This document shows positions 1 through 10,369 of a DNA stretch of 64,000 nt, one piece after another. Both the position numbers and the translations under genes were made by a program. The DNA is from Bacteroidetes bacterium RIFCSPLOWO2_12_FULL_37_12 (GTDB taxonomy: Bacteria; Bacteroidota; Bacteroidia; 2-12-FULL-37-12), in assembly GCA_001769655.1 (NCBI GenBank), contig MEPC01000024.1, positions 77,572 to 141,571 on the forward strand. Direction: 5' to 3'. A model generated the notes under the pieces. It was not told the DNA's origin, did not search any database, and was given only the letters and a program-made list of their open reading frames with translations. Each line of letters starts with the position of its first letter. Position 1 is the stretch's first letter.

Positions 1-1
1 T

Positions 2-391
2 TATAAGTGGAGTGACACTATATCAGGAACCCAGATTGTTCAGCACAAGGATGTAATGGTTTCCATTCTCGATTATCTGGGTATTAATCCCTCCAACGAA
101 AAATATCCCTTAAATTCCTTTGGGGTTTCAGTATTTGATAATACGCAGGAGAAATTTGCCATAACTTACGGGGAGGGAATGTATCAATGGATTCAGGAGC
201 CATACTCTTTCCTCTTTACTCACGAAAGTCCTTCTGGATTATTTAATATAACAGCAGACCCGTTAATGAAAAATAATTTGCTGAAGAAAGAAAAAGTAAA
301 ATCAGAGGAGATGGCACGGAAAATTAAAGCGTATATTCAATATTATAATAATGGGTTAATCAGAAATTTATGGGATGTTGAGATGGAGTAA
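2..391 (+). CDS. C-terminal fragment of a sulfatase/LTA-synthase-like protein (gene starts upstream of the window)
   Basis: The frame is open from position 2 with no stop, so the ORF enters from upstream. The C-terminal sequence weakly resembles the sulfatase/phosphoglycerol-transferase family tail. Confidence 0.35.
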   Translation, partial: YKWSDTISGTQIVQHKDVMVSILDYLGINPSNEKYPLNSFGVSVFDNTQEKFAITYGEGMYQWIQEPYSFLFTHESPSGLFNITADPLMKNNLLKKEKVKSEEMARKIKAYIQYYNNGLIRNLWDVEME

Positions 392-397
392 ATTTTA

Positions 398-1765
398 TCA
401 TTCCACTTTCAAACTCTTCTTCACCACCAAAGACCCTCTTTGCGACTCAATTACCTCCACCGCATCGTTACGCATCAAATACTGACCCAGGGTTCTTGCA
501 TCGTAAACGTGTCCGTCAATTTCTACTTTCCCGCTGGGATGCAGGTCAGTGAATGCAGTGCCTTTTTTCCCTTTCAGTGCATACGGATTTTCAGCGGGGA
601 AATCAGCAGGTATGGTTTCCAGCGAATCATTTAAAACGAGTTTTCTAAACGCTCCTGTGTTAAAAATCCGTTGTCCTCCCCAGAAGACCAATCCCAAACT
701 TCCTATGATGGAAATTAAAACAGCTCCCAGTGCGCGGGTTAACGCTTTTCCGTCTATTCCCGAAAAATCAAAAACCACGTTGTCAATCATGGCAAGCAAC
801 AAGGAACCAAAAATGATGACTATACCTGCAATTCCAATAACCCCAAATCCTGGGAAAGCAAATAATTCAATAACGACTAAGATGATTCCTGCAATAAAAA
901 GAAGTATTTCCCAATTACGGGCAAGTCCTTCCATGTAATAAGGAATAAAATATAAAAGGGCGGCAATAACGGCGGCGGCAATAGGAAAACCAATCCCGGG
1001 GGTTTGTAATTCATAATAAATACCTCCCAGAATAATCATAATAAGAATGCCACTGATAACAGGATTTAAAAACCAGTTGCTTAATTGTTGCACAGGAGTT
1101 AGTTTATAATAAACGACTTCCGAATATTTCAGGTTATGATAATTGATAAATTCTTCCATAGAATTAATTTGTGCCTCACAGAAATGTTGTTTTAATGCCT
1201 CTTTGGTGGTAAGTGTAATTACTTTTCCTTTCGTGATGGTGGAATCTTTTGCACGATACGGGTCCACCATTGCCTCGGCAATTTCAGGATTTCTTCCGTT
1301 GGCTTCGGCGGTTGAACGCATCATGGAACGCATGTAGGATTGAAACTTATCGGGCGCTAATTCTCCTTGCTGGTTTACCACGGAAGCGGCGCCAATATTT
1401 GCGCCATCGGTCATGTATATGCTATCACAGGCAATGGAAATCAAGGCGCCGGCAGATGCGGCATTATTATTTATCCATACATAAACAGGTATTTCTGATT
1501 TAAGAATTTTCGTTCTGATTTTATCAGCATCTTCCACCATGCCCCCGAACGTGTTCATGTCAATAATGATAAGGTCGGCATTATCTTTTGTTGCCGCTTC
1601 AAAACCCAGATTGATGTAACGGGTCATGCGAGGGTCAATCTCTGCTTTTATTTCCAGCACGTATGCCTTCCAATACAGAATGCTTTTGGAGGCGTTGGCG
1701 GGTAAAAGAATAAAAAGCGAGATAAAAACAAAGAAAGGTTGCTGGAGTTTTTTTATGTAATTCAT
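398..1765 (-). CDS. NfeD-like membrane-bound ClpP-class serine protease
   Basis: N-terminal signal followed by a ClpP/SDH-like protease domain (NNAASAGALISIACD, IIDMNTFGG). Several TM helices precede a C-terminal NfeD OB-fold (EVIESQRGSLVVK). Confidence 0.7.
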   Translation of the reverse strand: MNYIKKLQQPFFVFISLFILLPANASKSILYWKAYVLEIKAEIDPRMTRYINLGFEAATKDNADLIIIDMNTFGGMVEDADKIRTKILKSEIPVYVWINNNAASAGALISIACDSIYMTDGANIGAASVVNQQGELAPDKFQSYMRSMMRSTAEANGRNPEIAEAMVDPYRAKDSTITKGKVITLTTKEALKQHFCEAQINSMEEFINYHNLKYSEVVYYKLTPVQQLSNWFLNPVISGILIMIILGGIYYELQTPGIGFPIAAAVIAALLYFIPYYMEGLARNWEILLFIAGIILVVIELFAFPGFGVIGIAGIVIIFGSLLLAMIDNVVFDFSGIDGKALTRALGAVLISIIGSLGLVFWGGQRIFNTGAFRKLVLNDSLETIPADFPAENPYALKGKKGTAFTDLHPSGKVEIDGHVYDARTLGQYLMRNDAVEVIESQRGSLVVKKSLKVE

Positions 1766-1848
1766 GAGCCAAATATAAGAATAATTCTGATATTTAGCTT
1801 ATTTTACACATACTGAATCTGTTTCGGAAATTAACAAATAAAGAGGTA

Positions 1849-1920
1849 TTGGGGTATAAAAGTATAGAAGAAATATAACGTTATTTGCTCCTTATACCCT
1901 ATACCATTATACCCTATTCC
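1849..1920. repeat. inverted GGGGTATAAAAGTATAG / CTATACCATTATACCC repeat pair
   Basis: Same GGTATAGG family. Potential hairpin in the divergent intergenic region between the NfeD gene and 1978..2784. Confidence 0.6.
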
Positions 1921-1977
1921 TAATTTCTTTTAGTATATTAATAAACATTTTTGTACTTTTGTTTTTCATAAATCCCC

Positions 1978-2784
1978 TTGAACTTCATCGAACTCCCCTT
2001 TGAATACCCTATCTGGCGAATTGTAGCCGATCCCAGTCATAATTTAATTGCCTTTGAAACACGAAATCATGAATTGCGTACTGTAAAATTTTCAGCGGCT
2101 GAATTAACATCCGGAAAAAAATTATGGGGAGAAGTGGAAATGGAGGAACCCTGGGATGCGGGGCTTGAAGATGTTTCTCACGGAATTGTCTTTATTCATG
2201 GATATCTGAAACAGGGAACTCCGGAGCATAAGGGAATCATAGCCCTTGATGGAAAAACAGGAAAGTTTTTATGGGAAAATAAGGAGTGGGTGTTGTACAA
2301 AAAAACGGATCAGAAAATAATATGTTATGATGCATTTCAGGAATCAAGAAATTATTTTGTAGCAGAACCCGGTAGCGGATTAAAAACTTCAGAAATAAGA
2401 GCATGGGAGACAGTTCAATCCGAGATTTCTGTTTACGAACAAAAAAAAAATGAACCTTTTCAATTTCCGGTTTTAATAAATGAAGATATAGAAAACGTGG
2501 ATTGGAACCGTTGGCAGAATTTTATAGTTGAAGTGACTAAGAGAAAAACGGTTGGAATTATTGAAGGAATGAAAACTTCAAAATTCCGCATATTTTCTTT
2601 TTATTCAACTAAAGAAGGAATATTGAATAATTATTTATTGATTTGTGATTTGAACGGCAAATTGTTATTACATGAATTAATGGCTGAAAAAGTACCTGGT
2701 TACGGAATGGATACTTTTTTCAGTATTTCCGGTAAAATTTGTTATGTGCGGGAAAAAAGGTTTTTTAAGGTAATTTCTGATTAA
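1978..2784 (+). CDS. hypothetical protein (Bacteroidetes-specific, possibly DUF4905-like)
   Basis: Clean 268-aa ORF co-directional with the downstream LysM genes. No motif recognised. Confidence 0.4.
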   Translation: MNFIELPFEYPIWRIVADPSHNLIAFETRNHELRTVKFSAAELTSGKKLWGEVEMEEPWDAGLEDVSHGIVFIHGYLKQGTPEHKGIIALDGKTGKFLWENKEWVLYKKTDQKIICYDAFQESRNYFVAEPGSGLKTSEIRAWETVQSEISVYEQKKNEPFQFPVLINEDIENVDWNRWQNFIVEVTKRKTVGIIEGMKTSKFRIFSFYSTKEGILNNYLLICDLNGKLLLHELMAEKVPGYGMDTFFSISGKICYVREKRFFKVISD

Positions 2785-2793
2785 ACAAAAAAA

Positions 2794-3729
2794 ATGTTTA
2801 TATTACTATTGTTCATTTCATTTCAATTAAATGCAACGCCGGTTGATTCCATAGGTCTGAAAAAAGTCAACGAACAGTGGTTCATCCTCCATAAAATGGA
2901 AATCAGTCAGACGTTTTTTGCTGTAAGCAGAAGGTACAAAATACCTGTTGCTGTATTAAAAGAGGCAAACCTGGGAATTGATTTTGACCATATAAAGGCG
3001 GGAGCTATTCTGCTTGTTCCGTACAATGGAGCAGTACCGGAAAAACAAGAAAAGGTAGCCGTTAAAAATTTATCACCCTCAGATGTAAATTCCACAACCA
3101 ATTATCATATCGTTCTACCCAGACAGAACTTATACAGAATTTCTTTGAAATACGGAGTAACCGTAAATCAACTCAAAGAATGGAATGGATTAGCATCCAA
3201 TGAAATAGAAATCGGTCAAAAATTATTTATAACATCGCCGGGAGAAAAGAAACCGGTTTCCTCAGCGCAGGTTCTGAAATCCAATACTCCTGAAATTGTA
3301 CCAAAAGGCATAGAGCCAGAAAAAACTACAGGAACAGAAAAAAAAGAACCGCTTTTTGTACCTGAAAAAAAGTATGTGCTAAAAGAAGAACCACCTGTCA
3401 ATCCAAAAGAAAATGCTGAGCCCGAATATAAACCGGTAGTTTCTGCAACATCATTCTCAAAAGCAATTACCGAGAATGGATTAGCAGTTTTCTATAACGA
3501 TAATTCACAGATTGACAAATACTATGCGTTACACAGAACCGCTCCCTTTGGCACTATAATTATGGTAAGGAATCCGAAAAATGACGCCCTGGTTTATGTG
3601 AAAATTACAGGAAAATTGTCAGCCACCGGTGAAAATGACAACCTTCTGATTAAAATATCACAAAAATCAGCGGAAAAACTTAAATTTGAGGGGGAAAACG
3701 GGGAGGTGGAATTGTCGTATATATTGTAG
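2794..3729 (+). CDS. secreted LysM-repeat protein with C-terminal RlpA-like double-psi beta-barrel domain
   Basis: Signal peptide and two LysM motifs (QTFFAVSRRYKIPVAVLKEAN; YRISLKYGVTVNQLKEWN). The C-terminus (AVFYNDNSQIDKYYALHRTAPFGTIIMVRNPKNDALVYVKI...KLKFEG) matches the RlpA DPBB pattern ASWY..AAHktLPfgs.v.V.N. Confidence 0.65.
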   Translation: MFILLLFISFQLNATPVDSIGLKKVNEQWFILHKMEISQTFFAVSRRYKIPVAVLKEANLGIDFDHIKAGAILLVPYNGAVPEKQEKVAVKNLSPSDVNSTTNYHIVLPRQNLYRISLKYGVTVNQLKEWNGLASNEIEIGQKLFITSPGEKKPVSSAQVLKSNTPEIVPKGIEPEKTTGTEKKEPLFVPEKKYVLKEEPPVNPKENAEPEYKPVVSATSFSKAITENGLAVFYNDNSQIDKYYALHRTAPFGTIIMVRNPKNDALVYVKITGKLSATGENDNLLIKISQKSAEKLKFEGENGEVELSYIL

Positions 3730-3731
3730 GA

Positions 3732-5768
3732 ATGAAAAAATCAAAATCATATTTGCTTTTAACTTTACTGTCGGTATCTCCGGTATTCGTTGGATTATAT
3801 AATCCTTGCTTCGCACTAGTTGCTGTAAATAACTTTAGGGCACTTCTAAAAATTCAACCAAATGTCTCCCTCTGGAGGGAGATAAAGAGGGAGGAAAATA
3901 AAAAGATTGAATTTTTAGAAGTGCCCGTAACCTCTTCAGATACCACTAAAAAAACCCCCAAATTCCACCTCATAAAAGGCAAGGAAACACTTGCCCAGAT
4001 TGCGGCGAAGTACAAAATCCCTCAAAGAGACCTGATGAAATGGAACAAGCTCACCACCGCAAAAGTTTCCCCCAACCAAAAAATTCTGTTATACAACCCC
4101 GATTCTACTGAGCAAACAGCGGATGAGCAGTTAGACAAAAATTTATCTGCACAATCTGCACAGTCAGACAAATCACCCCAAAAAACCGGTAACCCGAATG
4201 ACAGGTCCAATGTCTCATCAGAAGAATTACAGGCATTGCTGAATAAAATGAATTACCAGCCAACGGTAATAACCAAAAAGGGGACAGAAATAAAAGTAAT
4301 CCAGGAACAACCCATCCCCAGCCAGATAAAAGATAGCCGGCAAAGGGAAAAAGCAAAAGCCGATTCAGCTTTTAAGGCAAGAGAAATAGAAGAAAAAATT
4401 GAAAAATTAAAAGAAAGGGCAAGAACCGATTCCTTAGCAAGAATAAAAGCGGATCGTGATAAAAAGAAAAACGAAATGTTGCAACGAAAAAAAGAAAAAA
4501 TGAAAGCGGATTCATTGGCTAAAGCTGAAAAAGAAAAACAGAGAATTGCCATTTTGGAAAAAGCAAGAGCTGATTCGTTAGCCCGTGCCGAAGAGGAAAA
4601 AAGGATTAACGCGATAAAAGAAAAAGCCATTGCCGATTCTTTAGCACGCGTAAAAGCTGAAGAAGACAAGAAAAAAAGGATTCGTGAAAAAAGTAAAGCC
4701 GATTCGCTTGCAAAAGTCAATGCCATTCAGAAAAAGGATTCCCTTGAGCGGGTCAAAATGGAACAAGAAAAAATCCGGAAAGAAGCGGAAGCAAAATTAA
4801 CTGCTGGTAATCAGAATTCAAAGCCAAATAGTAAAACAACCTCTACCGGAAAGACAACAGAAAATCCAGTTTCTAAAGACGGACGTGGTAATATAAATGC
4901 GGAAGATGTTGCCGCATTGTTAAAAAAATTAAATGTAAATACTGCGCAAAAGGTTCAATATACACAACAAATCGGAATTCAAGTCAGCGGAGAGGATGAT
5001 TTGAACAACGACCAGATGGTGCGATTAGCATTTTTTTACGATAAGGATATGATACGCGCCGAAGAAAGGGAATTTCATTCGTATGTGGTGGGTACAAAAG
5101 AAACCCTGAAAATCGAAGAGAAAAAAGATACCGCAGTTTTTATTAAACGGGAAGAAAATCCTCAAGATGTTAAACCTGTACAAAATATGGAACCAAAACC
5201 TGTAGAAAGCAAAAAGCCAAATGATAACAATCCGGATGAAAAGAAAAAACCCGTTTCGGATAAATCTGAAGAAAAAAAACCCGATGAAAAGAAAAATCCT
5301 GTTTCCGATAAATCTGAAGAAAAAAAACCGGTTGTAAATCCTACACCTTCTTTAGAAAAACCAGCAGATACAAAAATTAAGGAAAATCCAAAATCCTCTC
5401 AGAAAGAATCATCAGAAACTGACACCACTTCAACAGAAAAACAAACGGATAAGAAATCCGGAATTGAAAAAACAGTTTATGGAGAAATTGAAGAAAAAGG
5501 AATCGCTTATGCATTACTTGGTAAAGAAATTGAGCAGGATGGATTAAAAATCATTCATGCCAGCGCACCCGTAGGCACTACCATTAAAATAACTAACCCG
5601 TTGGTTGATAAATCAGTTTTTGCAAAAGTTTGCAGTAATGAAATGGCAAAAATTCCTGAAAAAGATGTCATCGTTCAGCTCAATAAAAAAGTGTCTGAAA
5701 AACTGGGGTTAAAAAATAAGTTTGTTTTTGTTACATTAACCTATATGGGGAATAAACCTAAAGAATAG
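3732..5768 (+). CDS. LysM protein with long coiled-coil ADSLAR/K repeat region, K/E/P-rich repeats and C-terminal RlpA-like domain (paralogue of upstream gene)
   Basis: Signal peptide and one LysM motif (ETLAQIAAKYKIPQRDLMKWN). About 10 repeats of KADSLAR/AKxEEEKK occur with roughly 22-aa period. Repeats DEKKKPVSDKSEEKKP follow. The C-terminus (GIAYALLGKEIEQDGLKIIHASAPVGTTIKITNPLVDKSVFAKV) is similar to the C-terminus of 2794..3729. Confidence 0.65.
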   Translation: MKKSKSYLLLTLLSVSPVFVGLYNPCFALVAVNNFRALLKIQPNVSLWREIKREENKKIEFLEVPVTSSDTTKKTPKFHLIKGKETLAQIAAKYKIPQRDLMKWNKLTTAKVSPNQKILLYNPDSTEQTADEQLDKNLSAQSAQSDKSPQKTGNPNDRSNVSSEELQALLNKMNYQPTVITKKGTEIKVIQEQPIPSQIKDSRQREKAKADSAFKAREIEEKIEKLKERARTDSLARIKADRDKKKNEMLQRKKEKMKADSLAKAEKEKQRIAILEKARADSLARAEEEKRINAIKEKAIADSLARVKAEEDKKKRIREKSKADSLAKVNAIQKKDSLERVKMEQEKIRKEAEAKLTAGNQNSKPNSKTTSTGKTTENPVSKDGRGNINAEDVAALLKKLNVNTAQKVQYTQQIGIQVSGEDDLNNDQMVRLAFFYDKDMIRAEEREFHSYVVGTKETLKIEEKKDTAVFIKREENPQDVKPVQNMEPKPVESKKPNDNNPDEKKKPVSDKSEEKKPDEKKNPVSDKSEEKKPVVNPTPSLEKPADTKIKENPKSSQKESSETDTTSTEKQTDKKSGIEKTVYGEIEEKGIAYALLGKEIEQDGLKIIHASAPVGTTIKITNPLVDKSVFAKVCSNEMAKIPEKDVIVQLNKKVSEKLGLKNKFVFVTLTYMGNKPKE

Positions 5769-5780
5769 CAGGAAAAAAAG

Positions 5781-7169
5781 ATGCCAGACATTTTTGACCC
5801 GGTTCTGATTTTCGATAAATTTCTTTTTTCAAAGACGTTCTGGGTTAATGCAGTCCTAATTTTTTGCATCTCACTATGGATAAAAAAAAAATGGTTACGT
5901 TCCCATCCTCTTTCCTCCTATTTTTATCCTTTTCTTGCGCTTAAACTTATTTGTAGTTTGATAATTACCTACCTGCAATTCAAACCAGGAGTAGAAATTT
6001 TTAATATAGGTGACTCAGCGCCTTTTTTCAGCATTGGACAACTCTATTATTTTACATTTTTGGAGTCACCTATTAAATACTTTACACAATTATGGAACGC
6101 TTATCCTACTCACCCTTATATATTGAATTTTGGTGAAAATTTTTATGGTTGGATGCTTGTACAACCAAAAGTTTTATTTTTTACTAAAGTATTAAGTTTA
6201 TTCAGCATACTCACTTTTGGCAATGTAATGGCTACCGCATTATATTTTTCTTTTGTAAGCTTTTTAGGTATCTGGAAATTAGTCAGCGCACTAATCAGGA
6301 GTTTTCCCCGTTCTCAATATCTCTTAATCATCGCACTATTTTTATCACCCGGATTATTGATTTTTTCATCCATTATTTTAAAGGAGGCGTTGGTATGTGC
6401 CGGTTTTTTCTTTATAATAGGCATTGCTATTAATTTTGTATTTAATAACCGTAAACCAAAAAAGATCGAATGGTTTTTTCTGGTAATTGCTTTTTTTGTT
6501 GTTTTCAGATTAAAACCCCTTTACCTTCTTCTGCTGATTCCATCCGTCCAGGCATATATGATTTTTTCAAACGGATTATTTTATAGCACAGAAACTATTG
6601 GAAAGGAATGGCTCAGAAAATTATCTTTATTTTTTGGAATGACCATAGCCACCCTATTAGTTGCATTCCTTTTTATTCATCCCGGAAATTTTTCATTATT
6701 GGAATACATTTATTCAGAATATTCTGTTGGATTAAATGATTCAGTTGGTACCCTGCATGTAGAATATAAAAATCTACTGCCCACCCATTTCAGTTTTATC
6801 AAACACATACCATTCTCATTCGGTGCCGTCCTATTCAAACCATTTATCTGGGAGTGTCACAATGCTACTCACTTTGTGGCGGGCATAGAAAATTTTTTGG
6901 TACTTCTGCTGAGCTGTTTTGCTATGAGTGGAATAATTTTTTATTTCTTTTCTGCAAAAATAAATTTTATTTCCTTATTACATCAAAAAGAAATGCATAT
7001 TTGTGTTTTGTTATTATTATTTATCACCACCGGGGCTGTTTTATTGGGATTCACAACTCCAAATTTCGGTACGTTGTACAGATACCGAATAATTTTTTAT
7101 CCTTTTTTTGTTTTTATCCTATTGAGAATAATCCATAAATTTATTACTCATTTTCATGCAACCGATTGA
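5781..7169 (+). CDS. polytopic integral membrane protein, unknown function
   Basis: 462 aa, very hydrophobic with more than 10 predicted TM segments. Overlaps the next membrane gene by 14 nt, so the two are probably co-translated. Confidence 0.5.
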   Translation: MPDIFDPVLIFDKFLFSKTFWVNAVLIFCISLWIKKKWLRSHPLSSYFYPFLALKLICSLIITYLQFKPGVEIFNIGDSAPFFSIGQLYYFTFLESPIKYFTQLWNAYPTHPYILNFGENFYGWMLVQPKVLFFTKVLSLFSILTFGNVMATALYFSFVSFLGIWKLVSALIRSFPRSQYLLIIALFLSPGLLIFSSIILKEALVCAGFFFIIGIAINFVFNNRKPKKIEWFFLVIAFFVVFRLKPLYLLLLIPSVQAYMIFSNGLFYSTETIGKEWLRKLSLFFGMTIATLLVAFLFIHPGNFSLLEYIYSEYSVGLNDSVGTLHVEYKNLLPTHFSFIKHIPFSFGAVLFKPFIWECHNATHFVAGIENFLVLLLSCFAMSGIIFYFFSAKINFISLLHQKEMHICVLLLLFITTGAVLLGFTTPNFGTLYRYRIIFYPFFVFILLRIIHKFITHFHATD

Positions 7170-9786
7170 TTCAACCTTTAAAGAACATCTGAGAAAAGGG
7201 TTTTTCCTGTATCTGTTTTATGGACTGATGCTATGTTTGACTATAAATCTTCGGGTAGATTTTTCCCTTCACGATCTTAACTACGGAACAGGTGAACCAG
7301 CATTGAGAAATTTTGACCCTGCATTGCGAGCCAGAATGTTTTATATTTCAGCGTTACTGCTGATATCACTGATTTTATTTTTTGCCTGGATTCAACGTAA
7401 AATTTTCTTTTGGTTGACTGACCATTGGCTCTCTATACTGAATTATACTTCACTGGGAGCACTTTTTGTTTTATATAGTCATATTCAACAGCCATGCTTG
7501 TTTTCAGATCTAAAAAAAATCTATGACCTCCAAGGACTTTTTTCTAACTTTTCATCTATCACCTTTTTTTTTATCATTCACTTGTTGGTTTTTATTTACA
7601 TATTTTTTTCCAACTATTTAAGCCGTTTCTCTTTTTTTTCTAATATAAAGCCAACAATCACCTCCTTTCCCCCTTTCTCCCCTTCTCCCCTTCTCCCCTT
7701 CTCTTTTTCACGTATTTCTCATAGAATAATCCTATACGTGTTCGTTCCTGCTTTTTTTTGTATTCTGCTCTACCAACCCTTATGCCTCGACCTTAATAAT
7801 CTTTTTGAACTGGGAAATCCTGTCTTGTCCATACAGCAGTTTTTTGAATTTGAAAAAATCCCTTTACTTCAATCATTCAATTCTCATTTACTTTCTGAAA
7901 TTGTACCTGGGTTTATTTATTCTTGGTTTCATGGATATACAGGAGATTTATCTTTTCTGCACTATGATTATTTGATTATTGCTGTCAGCCAGATTCTTGG
8001 TTTTTATACAATTTATCTGATAACCGGAAATTTCTGGATTCCGGTATTAGTATTCATTTTTCTTCCGGTCGGTGGTTTTCTGTTTCCACCCATGTTTTCG
8101 CTGGCACCCTTGCCTATTCTTTTATTTGTATTGGCAATACGTAAAAATAATTCATTCACTTTCTTTTTATGGACCTTATCGGTCTTTTTCAATCTTATCT
8201 GGAGAATTGACATTGGAATTTCATCATTGCTTGCTTCCGCCGGAGTGACACTATTCTATTATCATAAAAATTATAAAAGTGTTTTCAGAAATATTTTAAT
8301 ATCGTTGGAAATAATTCTTGCATCTATTCTTCTGCTTTTAATAGGTATTTCAATTATAAAAGGCATAAATCTACTGGAACCACTTCAGTCCATCTATGAG
8401 CATTTTTCGGGTGCCACTATTTATGGAACCAAAGCGCTGAGTATCGAATACGATGCGTTGTTCTTCACACACTATATTATTTTTCCAATCTTGGTGCTTG
8501 TTATTTTGTGCTGGTTACTCCTTTATCGGAAAAATTTTCTTCATTCTGAGGATAATCAACGAACTTTAATTACCATTATATTATTTTATTTTTGTGTCTA
8601 TTATCTTACAAATTTTCACAGGGGACTTATCAGACATTCCTTTGCCGAGCAAGACGACCTGCATGTTTCTACTTTTATTTTCTTAATCCTACCCACTAGT
8701 ATTTATTTGTTTCTACCTCCTGTTATCAATAAAACAAAACTGAATTTGTTGTTTCTGTTGTCAGTCGTTTTATTGTGTTTTCAGTTTAAGCATCCTGTAG
8801 AAAAAAATAATAATATCCAAATACCTTTTGATACATTTATAAAAAGAATTACGGGACAAACATTCGCTTACAGTAGAATTATAAATAAAAATGGCAACTA
8901 TGTTATTCCTGCAAATTTTCTTGATAAAAAATTTAGTGACCTGAAATTATTTAGTGATAAATTTTTAAAAGAGAACGAAACCTTTCTGGATTTTTCAAAC
9001 TCTCCTATGCTTTATTTTTATTGTCATAAAAGAAATCCATCCTATTTTAATCAGGTACCCAATCAACTTTCGACAAAAAAATTGCAGAAGAAATTTTTAA
9101 ACTCAATTAAAAACGAAAACGTTCCCTATCTGATTTTTTCAAGGAATTTTGAGTCGGGATATGATGCACAGGATGAAGTGCCCAATACAGTCCGCGCAAA
9201 TCACATTGCCGCATACCTATTTCAAAATTATATTCCTTCGTTTATTATAAATGATTACAGGGTTTGGATTGGAAAAAATTATATCTCGCGTATAGATAGC
9301 ATATTCATTCCAACATCTTCTCTTATTCCCGACACTTTTTCCCTTAAGCCGGAATCATATAACCTCAGGTATATTCCTTACACACTTGGAAAACTCGACC
9401 TTGATTTTATTGATAAAAAGTTCAAACCGATTATCACCCTGAAGGTGACACTTCCAAATAATTTGAATGAGAATGAATATAGCTGGTCTGTTTCAAAGTA
9501 TGATTCATTAACCATGACTGAATTCCTGTGGTTAAGTTTACAGAACCAGGGTGAGGAAGACATTGAGGCAGTGCTTAGTTATGAAACTAACACTGATTCA
9601 TCGGGTCTTTTAAAATCCTTTGGGCAGTTCAGATTTATTGTTTCCAGCAATAATGATAATCATCACTATATCATTCCATTAAATTCTCAATACGCATGGA
9701 TAAAAAATAAAATAGATGTTCTTAGATTGAATACTACAAAGAGAAATGTCAAGGTGATGAGAGCTGTACTATGCAAATGGAAATAA
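7156..9786 (+). CDS. large polytopic membrane protein with about 370-aa C-terminal soluble domain (possible YfhO-like glycosyl-transfer membrane protein)
   Basis: 876 aa. The N-terminal roughly 500 aa are multi-TM and the C-terminal half is hydrophilic. The architecture resembles YfhO-family proteins, but no motif was verified. An octamer repeat lies inside at 7669-7705. Confidence 0.4.
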   Translation: MQPIDSTFKEHLRKGFFLYLFYGLMLCLTINLRVDFSLHDLNYGTGEPALRNFDPALRARMFYISALLLISLILFFAWIQRKIFFWLTDHWLSILNYTSLGALFVLYSHIQQPCLFSDLKKIYDLQGLFSNFSSITFFFIIHLLVFIYIFFSNYLSRFSFFSNIKPTITSFPPFSPSPLLPFSFSRISHRIILYVFVPAFFCILLYQPLCLDLNNLFELGNPVLSIQQFFEFEKIPLLQSFNSHLLSEIVPGFIYSWFHGYTGDLSFLHYDYLIIAVSQILGFYTIYLITGNFWIPVLVFIFLPVGGFLFPPMFSLAPLPILLFVLAIRKNNSFTFFLWTLSVFFNLIWRIDIGISSLLASAGVTLFYYHKNYKSVFRNILISLEIILASILLLLIGISIIKGINLLEPLQSIYEHFSGATIYGTKALSIEYDALFFTHYIIFPILVLVILCWLLLYRKNFLHSEDNQRTLITIILFYFCVYYLTNFHRGLIRHSFAEQDDLHVSTFIFLILPTSIYLFLPPVINKTKLNLLFLLSVVLLCFQFKHPVEKNNNIQIPFDTFIKRITGQTFAYSRIINKNGNYVIPANFLDKKFSDLKLFSDKFLKENETFLDFSNSPMLYFYCHKRNPSYFNQVPNQLSTKKLQKKFLNSIKNENVPYLIFSRNFESGYDAQDEVPNTVRANHIAAYLFQNYIPSFIINDYRVWIGKNYISRIDSIFIPTSSLIPDTFSLKPESYNLRYIPYTLGKLDLDFIDKKFKPIITLKVTLPNNLNENEYSWSVSKYDSLTMTEFLWLSLQNQGEEDIEAVLSYETNTDSSGLLKSFGQFRFIVSSNNDNHHYIIPLNSQYAWIKNKIDVLRLNTTKRNVKVMRAVLCKWK

Positions 9787-9787
9787 T

Positions 9788-10363
9788 TTATTTCTTCCAC
9801 ACAAAAGGCGACTCAAACTCTCTGAACAATGGTAATTTCAAATCCTTTTCTGAAACCACCGGTCCCTGCACTTTCCAGTCAATGTTAATATCCGGATCGT
9901 TGTAGATAATTCCCCCTTCTGATTCCTTATGGTAATAATTTGTGCATTTGTAATAGAAGACGGTATTGTCTTCAAGTACTGAAAACCCGTGAGCAAAACC
10001 ATTCGGAATAAAAAACATAAGCCGGTTCTTGTCGGATATCTCTATGGCAAATGATTTTCCAAAAGTGGGTGAACCTTTCCGGATGTCAACAGCCACGTCA
10101 ATTACTTTCCCGATAATTACGGTTACTAACTTACCTTGAGCATACGGATCATGTTGATAATGCAACCCTCTTACTGTATTCTTTGAGGAAACTGATTGAT
10201 TGTCTTGTACAAAGTCCTCTTTCAATCCCTGTTCATAAAGAAGGTCTTTACGATAGGATTCAAAAAATTCACCACGAGGGTCTTTGAAAACTTTCGGGTA
10301 AATGACAAGCAATCCGTCGAGAGGGGTTTTTTCGATTTTCATTTGCTTATTTTTTTGATACAA
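9788..10363 (-). CDS. rfbC: dTDP-4-dehydrorhamnose 3,5-epimerase
   Basis: RmlC cupin signature throughout (GLHYQHDPYAQGKLVTVIIGKVIDVAVDIRKGSPTFGK, FIPNGFAHGF). The likely true start is the internal MKIEK at 10342. Confidence 0.9.
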   Translation of the reverse strand: MYQKNKQMKIEKTPLDGLLVIYPKVFKDPRGEFFESYRKDLLYEQGLKEDFVQDNQSVSSKNTVRGLHYQHDPYAQGKLVTVIIGKVIDVAVDIRKGSPTFGKSFAIEISDKNRLMFFIPNGFAHGFSVLEDNTVFYYKCTNYYHKESEGGIIYNDPDINIDWKVQGPVVSEKDLKLPLFREFESPFVWKK

Positions 10364-10369
10364 ATTTCG

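Noticed and set aside
4253-4726. 157-aa antisense ORF inside the ADSLAR-repeat region of 3732..5768
   Set aside because: It is a low-complexity mirror translation of the repetitive sense strand and is fully contained in a strongly supported gene.
6854-7138. 94-aa ORF in alternate frame inside the 462-aa membrane protein gene
   Set aside because: Fully nested in a longer hydrophobic ORF with a consistent TM pattern. Typical AT-rich spurious frame.
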